Assembly: GCA_951406725.2 (NCBI GenBank)
Contig: OX597824.1
Location: 40,920,001 to 40,984,000 of the forward strand
Direction of reading: 5' to 3'
DNA from: Octopus vulgaris
Taxonomy: Eukaryota
DNA length: 64,000 nt
A model generated the notes under the pieces. It searched no databases. It saw nothing but the letters and a program-made list of their open reading frames with translations, and was not told the DNA's origin. Of this stretch, positions 38,121 through 50,977 are shown in pieces. Positions within the stretch are counted from its first letter, which is position 1, and every line of letters begins with the position of its first letter. The position numbers were made by a program, and so were the translations under genes.

Positions 38121-38444
38121 TACTGAAACTTCTCTACTCGTCTCTTTTCTTTGGAATCTGTGCCTCTAAGTAGCTGAACTCTTGATTTCAGTATCATGGA
38201 TTCAAAATGTATTGATGTAATCTAATTGCTTCAGTTGATAAGTGTGAAAATGAGCTAATTTGTGTCACACTTCTGCTTTACATCCAGTCAGAGTAGATCA
38301 AGTACTTGTCAAGTACAGGGTTCAGTTTAATATTCCCCATAAGACAACATTGAAGATTTAAATGGATGTATGCATATTTAATATATGTATGTATATTGTT
38401 ACACACACACACACATGTATACACACACACACACACATATATGT

Positions 38445-38475
<31 letters not shown>

Positions 38476-38667
38476 ATGTATGTGTAGTAGTGAGCTAGCC
38501 ATCCCACTCCCAAATTTCAGGCCTTGTGCCTATAATAGAAAGGAATATATGAATATAATATAATATATAATCAATCTCAAAAGCATGGAATATAAGAAAA
38601 TTAGGAAAATAGGTTCGTTTGTTTTTCATTTCATTCATGTTTCCTTACCCTCTTCTTTTGTGGACAG

Positions 38668-38817
38668 TTAATGACCCATTTAGTGAACCACCTGAGCCAT
38701 TTCCCAATGGGTGATGGTGCTGCTAAACTGAGCAGTTGTGTACAAGAACATCATGATCTGCCAGAGTTCTGTGACAATGATTTGAAACCGGAAATCTTCC
38801 AAGCAACGAATGTGCAG
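38668..38817 (+). CDS. RALGAPA1: Exon: LMTHLVNHLSHFPMGDGAAKLSSCVQEHHD...ATNVQ
   Basis: ggacag| and CAG|gtgagt; conserved THLVNHL. Confidence 0.95.
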
Positions 38818-40280
38818 GTGAGTTTTATTGCAATTATGATACTTCTCTGTTATTTTTGTTTTTATTATTTCAGTTAAGGGATGCTCTGGCTCAATCTGGG
38901 TGGGTCTATGCTATGTAGTGATATCTTGCTGTATTTGTGTGTTATTCATTTTTTTATTTTATAAATAATCTGGTTTTATTTAAATTTTGACTACCAAATC
39001 CTTGGTAGATAAGAATTGGAAGAAGTCCATCATATATGTATAGGTGTGTGCTGATCATCGTACAATAGTTGTAAATGAGCATCACCATCATACCTCCAGG
39101 GTCCATTGTTTCCAATCTTCCTTGTAAACATGTTCAGCCAGTGGGGAAGAATACTTTGCTTGGAAATGATTGAAGATTGGTGACAGCAAAGGCATCTGGC
39201 TATCGAAAATATGCCTCAATGAATTGTGTTACCCATGGAAACCTGGAAATGTGGACATTAAAACAATGCTGCTGATGATGAGATAATGTTTACAATCCTT
39301 GTGAAATAATCCTAGTGAAATAATAGGATTGATATTATGTATGGCAATATTTAGTTTTGGACCCAGTTATTATCTGAGTAAAGATCCTCCTAGGGCTGAC
39401 TGTTCTATTTGTCATATCTGGGGTTTAAAAAAATACATTCATATGGTCTTATAATGATTAAAAAAATTTTTTTTGTAATTATGTGTTATGTTCATATTTT
39501 CATAGTGGAATATTTTTTAGACCTGTTTCTGGCATATACATATTACTTTTAACATTTTGTTCTTGCCAACCACTTAATAACGAAGTGGTTGGATAGTACC
39601 TCTTTGTTAGCTAGGCAAACATAGATAAGAAAATACATGTTCTTTGCTCAAGGATACAACACAGTGGATTGCTATTATAATGAGGTTGTTTATACATAGT
39701 CGTTTGGCCTGCTAGAAATAGCAGTCAAATCTTCCTGAAATAACACTCTACTATTTTAAACAAGGAAGACCACACTGAATAATGGAGTCTTAGATACACC
39801 TCAAAATATATGACAGTTATGGTTGGAATGCTTTTGATCATAAATGTGTTTGATTGGGGTTGACCTTGGGTTAAACAATGACAGCCACAACTGTTGAGGT
39901 GAATCTTGAAGTCATTTGGATGAAGTGGAACTGAAATGTTGTTGATGAATCTACTTTCAGTGACCCTCAAAAGAGCAGACAATACGAATGTTACAAAGAG
40001 GTTGATGAACAAGGTAAATAATTAGGGGAAATAGTAGAAATCAGTATGGGGATGGTGAGTATAGCAGTTAAAGAGATAAAAACAAAGTTTTAGGATCTTG
40101 AGTTGTGGGGTTGACTCTAGCATAAATTTGACTGTCAAGAAAGGGTGAAAGCTAGCTAGCAATCTCACCTTGCTTTTAATATTAACCATTGTTATTAGCT
40201 ACATTTTCAGTTTGTTGACCAATATTCCATTCATTGGTTGTTTTAATACTGAATTTTTTTATTTCTGTCTCATTTTTCAG

Positions 40281-40334
40281 TTCTTTGTCCTTAATCATCA
40301 GTCACTGATATCTTTTGTTGAGCTACCTGCTTTG
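40281..40334 (+). CDS. RALGAPA1: Exon: FFVLNHQSLISFVELPAL
   Basis: ttttcag| and TTG|gtaagt; conserved FFVLN. Confidence 0.93.
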
Positions 40335-41310
40335 GTAAGTAATACTCATCTATCCATCCATCTTCTATGCCCACTGTTCTTGGGAGGGTTGTGGAGGCAT
40401 AGTCCTCAGGTACCTTCTCTATTACTTCCTATCAAAAGCAACTGTCTTTAAGCTTTCCAGCTGGATTCCCAAGCACGACCAACTGAGACCATGGATATTA
40501 TCCAACCATCTCATTCTTGGTCTATCCCTTGGTCTCCTGCTGATTGACTTGGCTTGAAGAATCTATCTTTTGCCATGACTACCATTACCATTGGTGTTTG
40601 GTCATCCATTAATCTCTGGTTTTGTTACCAGTTTTAGTATTTAGTCCTTGTGATCATTGTTGTGAAGCATTCATCTTTATCAGAGTTAATGACTACACAG
40701 TGTATTTCGTGTATCATTTCCTTTGTAATTGAACAGTACTTCTCATAGTAGCCAATACTGCTCTCTGGCTGGGGAATTTTATATGGGTACTGGAGAGAAA
40801 GGGAGTTATAGTGGATGGTGTTAATAGGTGTATCTGTACAGTCTTTTAGTCATTGTTTCTTATTTAAATATTAGCTTTCTAAAAAAAAAAAAAAAATTGA
40901 TAACCTGCTTGTTAGCAGCAATTAGAACAGCAATAACAATAACGACAACATTAACAATAATAATAGACTTTAAAATGTGAATAAGTAAATTAGCAAAACT
41001 GAATATATGTCACCTATGCTTATAGTGTTGTGGTAAGTAGTTACTTCTAACAGACTAGTACCTGGAACTAAATTACCCTGGCCTGATATTTCCTGTATAC
41101 ACATGGAAAATGGGGCTAGGAGGCATTAGGTTGTAGCTAGAGGGAACTGAAAAAGTGTTAGTAAAATTAAAAGGGTGATAGTTAAAAGAAAGGTTTGAGA
41201 AGAATTGTTTTAGATCCATGTAATAGGAAAGGCTTGAAGACGGTTTATAATTTTAATTTTTATTTTATTTCCAATTTTTTTTTTCATTTATCTTTATTTA
41301 TCTCTACTAG

Positions 41311-41470
41311 TCTGATTCATCTGGAAGAAGTGTGACTGCTGGTTTGACCACTGCCAAAACCGTGTGCCGTGTGATCATTCGAGACCTGAGTGGAAAATAC
41401 TGCTGGGAGAACTCTGTGCTCTATGGTCCTCCATGGTATCAGAAGGATCCAACGCCACAGGTTAAAAAAG
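41311..41470 (+). CDS. RALGAPA1: Exon (phase 0-1): SDSSGRSVTAGLTTAKTVCRVIIRDLSGKYCWENSVLYGPPWYQKDPTPQVKK
   Basis: ctactag| and AAAG|gtttgt; conserved RDLSGKYxW. Confidence 0.93.
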
Positions 41471-42039
41471 GTTTGTGCCAATGTTTATACATTGCAATGT
41501 GAAGGAGTGCTGGTTTGAGTGAGTGAATATATATATAGGTGTATAATGGATTGAAACATGTATGGATGAGCAACAGTTTGTGTGTGTGTGTGTGTGCATG
41601 CATGTATCCATCCATCAATTCATCCATTCATTCATTCGTTCATTCATTCATTCATTCATTCATTAAGTTGTATGTTTGTTTGGTAGGTAGTGTCCATGTG
41701 TATATGCTTTGCAGTGTGAATGCAGGTGCATATATATTGTATCTCAGATAATAGGTGAAACATTCAACACGGTAAAAGATAACTGTATTGCAGACTTGCC
41801 TAACATATAGCAGTATGTGTAAACAGATATTAAAAGACAATGAATGATACATATCAAACTTCATTCTGTCATACTGACACTTCCTTTAATGATAAAGTGA
41901 CACTATGCTTTATTCATTGTTGTTTGTTAGCAAGTTGATTATTGTCATCTCTGTGTTTGATGCGGAAACATCAATGCCTTGTTTACGAATTCTTTTCTTC
42001 AGATTTTTGTTAATTTTTTTTTTTTTGTTTCCATTACAG

Positions 42040-42218
42040 TTGAATCCCCTCTTGTTAATGGCCCGTCCAATATGCAATTTTCATCCGTCAAGATGGAAGC
42101 AGAACCACATACCAACCAAGAGAACTGTGATAGCAAGCCTCAGGATTTGAGGCCACCTCATCCTGAAGTTGTAGAACTACCTGAAGGCCACACTCCAGAC
42201 CTTGATAATTTGGATCAA
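42040..42218 (+). CDS. RALGAPA1: Exon (phase 1-0): ESPLVNGPSNMQF...PDLDNLDQ
   Basis: attacag| and CAA|gtatga. Confidence 0.9.
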
Positions 42219-43179
42219 GTATGAAATTATTCATGTCCTTTTCTAATTAGTTATTACTGATTAATCCCAAGTCCTGATTGAACATATTTCTGATGAAAGG
42301 CATTCCAACTGTGACTTTGTCTTATTTTCAGACTTAATATATCAAGGACTACATTACTCAGTGTGTCCTTTCTGTTCTAAGAGATGGTAAGGGGTGGTTT
42401 AATTGCTATATCTAGCATTAGAGTGACCCTGTAGATTATCCTCCATTGGTTTCTGTTAAGTCTGTTTTCAGTTATAGAAGTTGGAAAAATCAACTGAATT
42501 AATTTTTTTTTTCAGAGGGAGTGATGTTTACTGATAATTACATGCAGCTTAGTTATGTGGTAGTTATTTAAATATTTGATGATTAGGTATACCTAACTAT
42601 TTGGTTAATTAACAACAGATTCAGTGAACCTTTGTGATTGTGTATGTTCAAATATAAGAAGAGCCCAAGTAGAGAAGGACAAATGTAATGCCTATGCTCC
42701 TGTCCATTAAAAAGTAAAGGGATCTCTTGACCATAAGGTATCAAACACAAGGTGGTCCTTTTCTCTCTCTCTCTCCTCCATTTTTAGATAAGGGCCAATT
42801 GGAAAAAAAAAAAAAATTTTACAATGGATAACCAACTGAAAGTTGACAGTTTGTTTTAAAGTTATTAACTATTGTTACAGTTATTAAGTGTCTCAGGATT
42901 CTCTCTCAAGCTCTTCCCACCTGACTGTAAAAATGTTCTACAATACAAGAAGTACTCACCACTATAAGCTGTGACATCATAAACAGATTGTTTTATTCTT
43001 TTGTTTGTTTCAGTCATTTGACTGTGGCCATGCTGGAGCACCACCTTGAAGGGTTTTAGTCAAATCAATCACAGGAATTTTTAAAGCATAGTGCTTATTC
43101 TATCGGTTTCTTTAGTTGAACTGCTAAGTTATGGGGATGTAACCACACCAACACTGGTTGTCAGGCAATGATGGGGGAG

Positions 43180-43216
<37 letters not shown>

Positions 43217-44712
43217 TTGTAATACAAATAAGAAAATGGAGGAACAAATTCCTTTCAATCATCAACTTACAGATATTACCATTTCATATTATTTATTAAT
43301 TATATAAATAGGAACATGAAAATCGAACAAAACAATATACATCAATATGCAAATATATATATATACACAAGATGGGCTTCTTTCAGTTTCTGTCTACCAA
43401 ATCCTCCCACAAGGCTTTGGTTGGCCTTATGCTATAGAAGAAGACACCCAGGGTGCCATGCAGTGGGACTGAACACTGAACCATATGGTTTAGAAGCAAG
43501 CTTCTTAGTACACAGCCATGCCATGTTCAAAATATATGGTAGTGAAGTGGAACACTTGCATCAGTGTTGTAACTCTTTGCCTTGGAGACCGTGTTGGTTA
43601 GAATAGTTAGTTACCCGATTTAGTCCTTTATTTGAACTGTTATTTTTCTTCTGCTAAAGCAATCTTGTGCTGGATGAAATAAAGATATGATATTGTTAAA
43701 AGGTTCATGCCTTGATTGCATGAATGCCATATAATATTGACTACTGTGATTTTTTTTGGGGTCTGTTTTTGTCTTTCTTCAGCTATTTCCATGCATCAGT
43801 ATAAAGAAGATACTGCTATGCCTATTTCATTTGCCATGTTTTGTGTGTGTTTGACCACTGCCAAAACAGGCAATTAAACCAAATTGAAAGGAATCATTTG
43901 TATAGAATTGCTTATATATAGTATTTTTACATTGTTTTCTTGTGTTAGTATCCATGGAGTGGTTTGCACATACTTGAATTTTCTTTTAAGTGATCAGCTA
44001 CTGATCACTTTGTTTCTGGATTGGTAATAATATATAGACTTGCTGAAGGAAGGCAAGCTGCCTAAAAGTTGTCCTTGTCTGAAGGCTCTTCTGTATACTC
44101 ATCATTCTGTAAACAGTAGTCGAGTATCATTTGAACTTTGCAGTCATTGTGTCTCTACGAAAGAAATTTAAGTCTATAGCAATTAAAAAGAGACATGGAC
44201 AACAAAATAAAAGTTGGTGGTTCATATTACATCACTATTGTTGCATTGTGTCACAAGGGTTAAGACACAAGTGAGATAAACTTTGCAAAACTTAAACTGG
44301 CCCTCTGTGAAAATGAAAAGATTACAAAAGCCAAAAAATTGTGTCTGTCAATGTAGGAAAAAACTGTTGACAGCAAAGATGGATTTTATAGTTATTTTGA
44401 TACTTAATATTTTCAAGGCTTTCTGGAATCAAACTAGGCCTGAAGTCCATTAATTATCTAATGCCAAACTTCTAATATGAGCTGTAAAATACTGATCGGT
44501 AGGGATGATAAAATATATTTTAGTTTTCAATATTTGTTGTTTTATTTTGACATCGTTACAGCTATTCTGGTATAGCAGACATTAACTTGGTATAAATTTT
44601 TGTAGAAGCTCTTATATATTGTTGTGAAATTGTGATATTTTTTATGCTGAAGCATTATGATAGCTCTACAACTGCACAAATCTATTGTTGTATGATTGCG
44701 ATATCTTTATAG

Positions 44713-44894
44713 CTGCTCCGGTATATTGGTTATGCAAGTCCTGAGTGCCTACTAATGCCTGGAGTACCTCTTAACATAGCAGCACCAATTCCTGAGAAGT
44801 TGAGCACTCAAGCTGAGGAAATGATGACAAACCTAGTCCTGCAACAGAAAGAGGCAGAACTAGATTATTACTACCAGCACAAATCTGATCCACG
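44713..44894 (+). CDS. RALGAPA1: Exon (phase 0-2): LLRYIGYASPECLLMPGVPLNIAAP...YYQHKSDP(R)
   Basis: ttatag| and CG|gtaagc; conserved LLxYxGxxSPECL. Confidence 0.95.
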
Positions 44895-46971
44895 GTAAGC
44901 AATACCTCATGCAACTTTCTTGGTTTAGCTAGTAATTTCTGTTAAGTTAGTTTGCTTTGAATTTCACATTTGATTACTTTTCTTAGTATTAACTACAGGT
45001 CCCAAGTGGACCACATATAAATACAGTTATTCTGGACTTGCTGATAGAGAGGGTGTATCTTTATAGTTCAAGAGATTTTATTACATTTTGTTACCAGCTT
45101 CTATTACTGGACGTTTGTTAAAGCCATTTCTCGAAATTGATTGTCTTCACCTATGTTTGAGGACTGGCTGTTCTCTTTAGTGGACTGCCTTGTTATACTT
45201 TAAATTTTGTCACCTTGTTCAAATGATGTCTTGAAGATGACAAATTTAAAACCACAGAAGATGGCATTTTGTTTTAAAATTTAAATTGACAATTTTTGTT
45301 GCTGTCATAGTGATTGAGTGGCCATGGTTGTGGTCAGCTGTGGTTATGGTTAATTGAGCCAACAAATTTTGAATTCAAAACCTGCCATGGACATTGTTAT
45401 GTCCATAATTCTACCATGACTATATCTTCTAAGGAAGTACTCTGCCTATTTCTATTATTTTTCCAAATAGGAATTTTGAGGCATTTAGTGGAATGATAAA
45501 CATTTTCATTATTGAATTGACATTTGAACATAACTTGGCAAAATGTTCTATTATAATAATATAATCTTTAAAACATATTTGTATTATAGAACTAGAAAAG
45601 TGTCTTAGGTGGTTTGGTATCAAGTGTTAAGCAAACTTCTGTTGACTTTGTTGATTTAAAAGAGCCACTTTCACTATAAAGATGATGTGTTTAGACTTAG
45701 GAAGGGTAACTACTCTGATAAGGTAAAATTGCAGAAATATTTTATATTAGTATCATTATTATCACCAGCATTGTTTTAATGTCCATTTTTCCATGCTTGT
45801 ATGGGAAAGATATAATTCATTGAGGCAGACTTCTTTTTACAATTGGATGCCCTTCCTGTCACCAACCCTTCTCTGTTTCCAAATAAGGTATTATTTCTCC
45901 ATAACTGGGCATGTTTTCACAGAAAATTGGAAACAAAGGACACCCTTTGTATGATAGTGATACTTATTCTCCAACAATTTGTGCGAATGTCTGCCAAGAC
46001 AAGGAAACCCAACCTCCCCATAAGTGAATGAGTTAGTGAAGGGTTCTTTAAGTTTCTGTCTACTAATCCGTTTACAAGGCTTTGGTTGGCCTGGAGTTAA
46101 CGTAGAAGATACTTGCCCATGGTTTCACACAGTGGGACTGAACCTGGAACCATGTGGTTGGGAAGCAAACTTCTTAACCACACAGCCATGCCTGCTTTTT
46201 TATATAAATATCCAGTTAAATTTTATATAATTAAGTTTCATGTTTGCTCTGCCTTGTCTCAAACTCATTAGCTGCTGGCAGGTACCATTTTGACTTTACA
46301 ATTGAATAGTTAACAGTAGGAAGGGCATCTTGATGTAAACATTTTTTGCTTTAAATAATGTACAAATCTACAATAGTATCTTACCAACTTTTGTATTGAG
46401 AATTGGATATTGAATATTGTAATTGATAATTATTTCTTAAGTAAACTAAAAATTAATTTAAAGTGTTTTGGTTAAAGTAAATGGTCTTAAAAGTTACTAT
46501 TGCCTCAATCATTATTGCTGAAAAATTGGTACTCCACAACTTCTTTTTACAAAGTAGGGCGAGAGGGAGTCACCCATCGAGCTGTAAAAAAATGCCCCAG
46601 GGTTTTTGATCATCCAATATGCAGCTGGAGTCTTGATATTTCTCTCTTATCAACATGGAGCCTCTGTGGCTCTATGTAAGAAATCAGTTTCATTATCATG
46701 AGCAGCTGTAAGTAGTTGCATGTTGTCAAAAGTTGGCCTTGTGTCACTCAAATGTCTGAAGTGACTATTGTGACTATGACCCCTATTGATATTTATGCCC
46801 TTGAGAAAAAATTTTAAAACACATTACTGAAGTTGACTGACCCTTCTCTAAAACTGTGTGATCTTTGCCATGGTTAAATTTGCCTTTCATCCTTTTCAAC
46901 ACAATTTCACATCAGGAATCTTGCAAAACAAATACATAAATGTAATAATAATAATTGTTATTATTATTATT

Positions 46972-48480
46972 AAGGCTGTGAGCTGGCAGAATTATTAGCA
47001 TGCTGGGCAAAATGCTTAGTTGTAGTTCATCTGTCTTTACGTTTCAAGTTCAAATTCCGCTGAGGTCAGCTCTGCCTTTCATCCTTCTGGAGTTGACAAA
47101 TTAAGTAACCAGTGAAACACTGGGGTTGATGTAATCGTCTGGTCCCCCCAACAAAATTTCAGGCCTTGTGCCTTTAATAAAAAGGATTAGGTGGTGAGCT
47201 GACAGAATTGTCAACATGCCAGACAAAATGCTTTGCAGCGTTTCACCTGTCCCCATGTTCTGAGTTCAAATTCTGCCATGGTTGGCTTTGTCTTTCATGA
47301 AATAAGTAGCAGTTCAGCACTGGGGTTGATGTAGTTGACTTGCCTGCTCCTTTAAAATTGTTGGTCTTTTATCAAAATTTGAAGCTATGGTTATTATTAT
47401 CTTTATAATACAAAGTGATGAGCTTGCAGAACTGTTAGCATGCCGGACAAAATGCTTAGTTGCATTTCATCTGGCTTTATGTTCTGAGCCGAAAATTCTG
47501 CCGTGATTGATTTTGCTTTTCATCCTTTTGGGGGTCAATGAAATAAGCACCAGTCAAGTCAAGGGGTCGATGGGCTCACTGTAATTGACAAGCCTCCTCC
47601 ACATCAACATTTCAGGTCTTGTGTGTATAGTTGAACAGATTATTATTAAGGGTGGTGAGCTGGCAGAATTGTTAGTACACCAGACAAAAATGCTTAATGG
47701 CATTTTGTCCATCTTTACATTCTGAGTTCAAATCCCACTGAGGTCAATTTTGCCTTAAGCCTCTAGCATTTTAAACTGGCCATATCTGGCCAAAATATTC
47801 TACGTGTTTTAAGTTAAAACTGACCAGATTCAACCTCTCACACTTACTCTACAATGTCATTATAAAAATATTTAGTCACAAGATACAAGATAATACCTGA
47901 TTAATTCAAAACAATACTAATAGATATGCAATGAATTGGACAAAGAAATCTGAATGCTAAAGAGTTAAATCCTTTTGGGGTCAATAAAATAAGTACCAGC
48001 CTAGCACTGGGTTCATTGTAATTGACTAGGCCCCCTCCCCCGAAATTTCAGGCCTTGTGCCTATGACTGAAGGTGGTGAACTGGCAGAATCATTAGCATG
48101 CTGGGCAAAATGCTTACAGCATTTGTCAGTCCTTACATTTTGAGTTCAAATTCTGCCGAGGTTGACTTTGCCTTTCATCCTTTCAGGGTCGATAAAAAAT
48201 TAATTAGTTGAGTACTGCAGTCAATGTAATTGACTTAACCCCTCCTCCAAAATTTCAGGCCTTGTACCTATACTAGAAAGGATTATTATTATTATTATTA
48301 TTGGCAGAATCGTTAGCACACTGGGCAAAATGCTACATTCTGAGTTCAGTCTGCTGAGGTCAACTTTGCCTTTCATCCTTCCAAAGTTGATAAAATGAGT
48401 ACCTGTTGAATGCTGGGGTCGATGTAATCGACTTATCTCCAGCCTGGAACATGCTGGCCTTGTGCCAAAATTTGAAGTCA
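46972..48480 (+). mobile_element. Head-to-tail array of six tRNA-derived SINEs, one interrupted by the piggyBac MITE
   Basis: Repeated GGTGAGCTGGCAGAAT..GAGTTCAAAT..GCCTTTCATCCTTTCGGGGTCGATAAAATAAGTACCAG (Nin/Deu-like central domain) separated by (ATT)n. Confidence 0.9.
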
Positions 48481-48584
48481 TCATCATCATCATTATCATT
48501 ATTATAATCGTTATTGTTATTATGTTACATGTAATTCAATTGTAAATAAAGCAATGCCTGATTTACTTCATTTGTTGTGTACAG

Positions 48585-48602
48585 ACGAACCGAGGAGAGA
48601 CC
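48585..48602 (+). CDS. RALGAPA1: Putative 18-nt microexon (phase 2-2), adds RTEERP
   Basis: tttgttgtgtacag|ACGAACCGAGGAGAGACC|gtaagt; frame-preserving, no stop, matches phase 2 of both neighbours. Confidence 0.7.
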
Positions 48603-49159
48603 GTAAGTGTTTCATTGTTTTAAGGCCACACTTAATTTCTGGGTCCTTTTGCCTGTGTCACACGTAACATAACCACCATCCTTCCTTATTATATTTTTCC
48701 TTCTTTGCACTTTGTAGAAATATTTATTTTTTTTTACACTTTTGCATTATTATTATAATTATTATTATTTTCTTTTGCTACTTGTCCACCTCATCCAACC
48801 ACACTATCTTCAAAATGAAGCCGTGAAAGCATTATATACATACATGTATGTATATAAGTGTGTGTGTGTGTACATATATGTATATTGATTTTATTTGATT
48901 TTTCTACTCCTCTTGTTCTGCTATGATGGTTTTGTCAGTTTTGTAAAACAGTGATTTTTTTTTTTTTTATAGTTTTTGTGCTAATATTTCAAGTCTATAT
49001 TACAAAAATTCCTCTTGGATTCCTTATATTTTATTTTGTTTTTGTCCATATATCTTCCTATCCTTCTTTGTTTCCTTAGTCATTGTATTTCTATGTATAT
49101 TTTGAAATTTATGCCTATGTGGTGTGCCAATGAATATAAATATTCTTGCTTACATACAC

Positions 49160-49251
49160 GTGTGTGTATATTTATGTCTGGACATATATGTATACATGTG
49201 TGTGTGTATATGTAAATGTGTGTGTATATATATATATATATAAATGTGTGT

Positions 49252-49297
<46 letters not shown>

Positions 49298-49685
49298 AAA
49301 TAAGTACTGAGGCTGCTTCATTTAACTAAAATTCTTCAAGGTGGTGTTCCAGCATGGCCACAGTCTGACTGAAGCAAGTAAAGGATAAAAGATATATAAA
49401 TATGACTGTGTGTATGTTAGTGTATATGTATACATAAAATACACACTCTCACATGTGTTTGTGTGTATATATATATATATAAATATGTGTGTGCGTGTGT
49501 GTGTATATATACATACACACACTGGGTCTTTTCTGTCTACTAAAATCTACTCACAAGGCTTTGGTTAGCTAGGAGCTTACAGTACAAGACACTTGCCCAA
49601 GGTACCATGCAGTGGAACTGAACTTGAAACCATGTAGTTGTGATGCAAACGTTTTTAAACACAGTCACATCTGCACCTATATATC

Positions 49686-49720
<35 letters not shown>

Positions 49721-49813
49721 AACATGCAAGTATACAGATGTATGTGTTAACATGTATGTACATGTGTATGTATATGTGAGTGGATTTGGTAGATGGAAAC
49801 TGAAAGAAGCCTG

Positions 49814-49858
<45 letters not shown>

Positions 49859-49870
49859 CTGTGTGTGTGT
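49160..49870. repeat. (TA)n/(TG)n microsatellite-rich zone interleaved with SINE pieces
   Basis: Direct reading; other simple repeats at 1265-1300 (CT), 2324-2400 (TG), 5395-5470 (ATT), 15662-15720 (ATT), 31512-31556 (TA). Confidence 0.9.
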
Positions 49871-50117
49871 GCGTGCCTTTATGTCTGTTTTTTTCTCTCA
49901 TCACCACTTGACAACTGGTGTTGGTGTGTTTACATCCCCGTAACTTAGCAGTTTGGCAAAAGAGATCAATAGAATAAGTACTAGGCTTTAAAAAGTAAGT
50001 ATTGGGGTTGATTTATTTGACTAAAATTCTTGAAGGCAGTACTCCAGTATGACCGCAGTCTAATGACTGAAACAACTAAAAGATGTGTGTATGTGTTTAT
50101 ATGTATATATATATATA

Positions 50118-50977
50118 AAGGGTGTGATGGCTAAATTGTCGCTATTTTATATTTTTAATTTCGTGCACGTGTACTGTTTTTGATTTTGTCAACGACACAG
50201 TATGGTCAGTTGGGCACCGTCTGTGAGACAAACAGTACCGTGATGCAATTCACTCTGCTAGAAATTTGGAAACAACATGCTGTGCTGTTTGGCATTTGCA
50301 CTGGAAGCTCTAGTACAAACACAGATGATGAACACACAGAACAACCGTTGGTGTGCCATGTCCCCAAAACATGTACCAAGAGTGATAAAAATCAAACATC
50401 CAGTCAACATGATAGTGTTTGGAGTGATCACTAGTGATGGTGATGTTATGCCTCCATTTATCTTCCCACACAGCTTCAGACTCAACCTCCTGGAGGAGGT
50501 AGTGCTGCCCTGAGTCAAGAGGATGGCTGCTGGAAGACCCTGTCTGGCAACAGGACTCTGCACCATGCCACACCTGCAGGAGAACCCAGTCATGGCTGTC
50601 AGACAATTTCTGCGATCACATCACCCCTAACATCTGACTACCTAACTCCCCAGACTGCAACCCGCTTGATTACTATGTGTGGGATGCAGTTGAACGAGAG
50701 ACTAACAAAACTCCTGGTAACACCAAAAAATGAACTGAAGGCAAGGATTATGGCAGCATTCACCAACTTAAACAAGGAGACTGTCGAGAAGAGTTGCAGG
50801 AGATTTCAAAGTCATCTAGAGGCCATGGTTGAAGCCAGTGGCAATTTTATTGAAGATTTACTCATTAGTATTTCATGATATTTTATGTAATTTTGGTAAA
50901 TATGTCTTTTAAAATGAGATGTCAGTGTTATTTTCATTTTTGCGTAATTTAGACGACAATATACTCACCACACCCAG
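50118..50977 (+). mobile_element. Decayed Tc1/mariner-superfamily element, DD37D (maT) type
   Basis: TIRs GGGTGTG..ATTGTCG; WQQDSAPCH...PNSPDCNPLDYYVW with 37 residues between the 2nd and 3rd Asp; stops and deletions. Confidence 0.88.

Noticed and set aside
44040-44075. CUGAAGG-A-AGGCA..UGCCU-AAAA hammerhead-like string
   Set aside because: Both core halves deviate and no stem I; cannot be told from chance.
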